Assembly (NCBI GenBank): GCA_013265495.1
Contig: MU058423.1
Coordinates: 4,281,555 to 4,301,554, forward strand
DNA length: 20,000 nucleotides
Direction of reading: 5' to 3'
From: Vicugna vicugna
Lineage: Eukaryota
Shown: one piece after another, positions 19,834 to 20,000 of the stretch
Layout of the letters: each line of letters starts with the position of its first letter
Position numbering within the stretch: position 1 is the stretch's first letter
Notes under the pieces: model-generated
What the model was told of the DNA's origin: nothing
What the model saw: the letters and a program-made list of their open reading frames with translations, nothing else
Databases searched by the model: none
Made by a program: the position numbers and the translations under genes

Positions 19834-20000
19834 TTTTATTTTATTTTATTTTTTAACATGCTTTTATTTAGTTATAGTCATTTTACAATGTTGTGTCAAA
19901 TTCCAGTGTATAGCAGTTGTACATGAACATATATATATTCATTGTCACATTTTTTTTGCTATAAGCTACCACAAGATCTTGTATTTATTTCCCTGTGCTA
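19834..20000 (-). mobile_element. Younger lineage-specific L1 3' end, camelid-like, running off the window
   Basis: (TTTTA)n tail at 19834-19854, minus-strand AATAAA at 19863-19868, then TAGTCATTTTACAATGTTGTGTCAAATTCCAGTGTA...AGCTACCACAAGATCTTGTAT...TTTCCCTGTGCTA. Confidence 0.85.

Overview
AT-rich, CpG-depleted eutherian mammal non-coding DNA (intronic or intergenic). It is probably camelid, because the young L1 3' end at the right edge resembles camelid L1 as I remember it. I can support no protein-coding gene, RNA gene or CRISPR-type system, and the listed ORFs are short chance frames, many inside repeats. Much of the window is decayed interspersed repeats: MIR SINEs, L2 and old L1 fragments, and hAT DNA-transposon relics (MER5, MER33, MER69A/Arthur1, MER94, MER102, MER103C, MER112/113-like), three of them with visible 8-bp target-site duplications. 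Family names come from remembered consensus sequences, not a database search, and boundaries are approximate. Features that repeats do not explain: (1) a nearly perfect 354-bp tandem duplication at 13450-14158 covering a motif-rich, CpG-retaining segment; (2) a ~217-nt set of nested inverted repeats at 1272-1488 that can fold into a multibranch structure; (3) a perfect DR5 retinoic-acid response element within a cluster of nuclear-receptor half-sites at ~17545-17774; (4) a 68-nt segment with a poly(A) signal between 13-bp direct repeats at 14428-14521, possibly a tiny retrocopy; (5) a perfect TACTAAC branch point and 3' splice site at the left edge.
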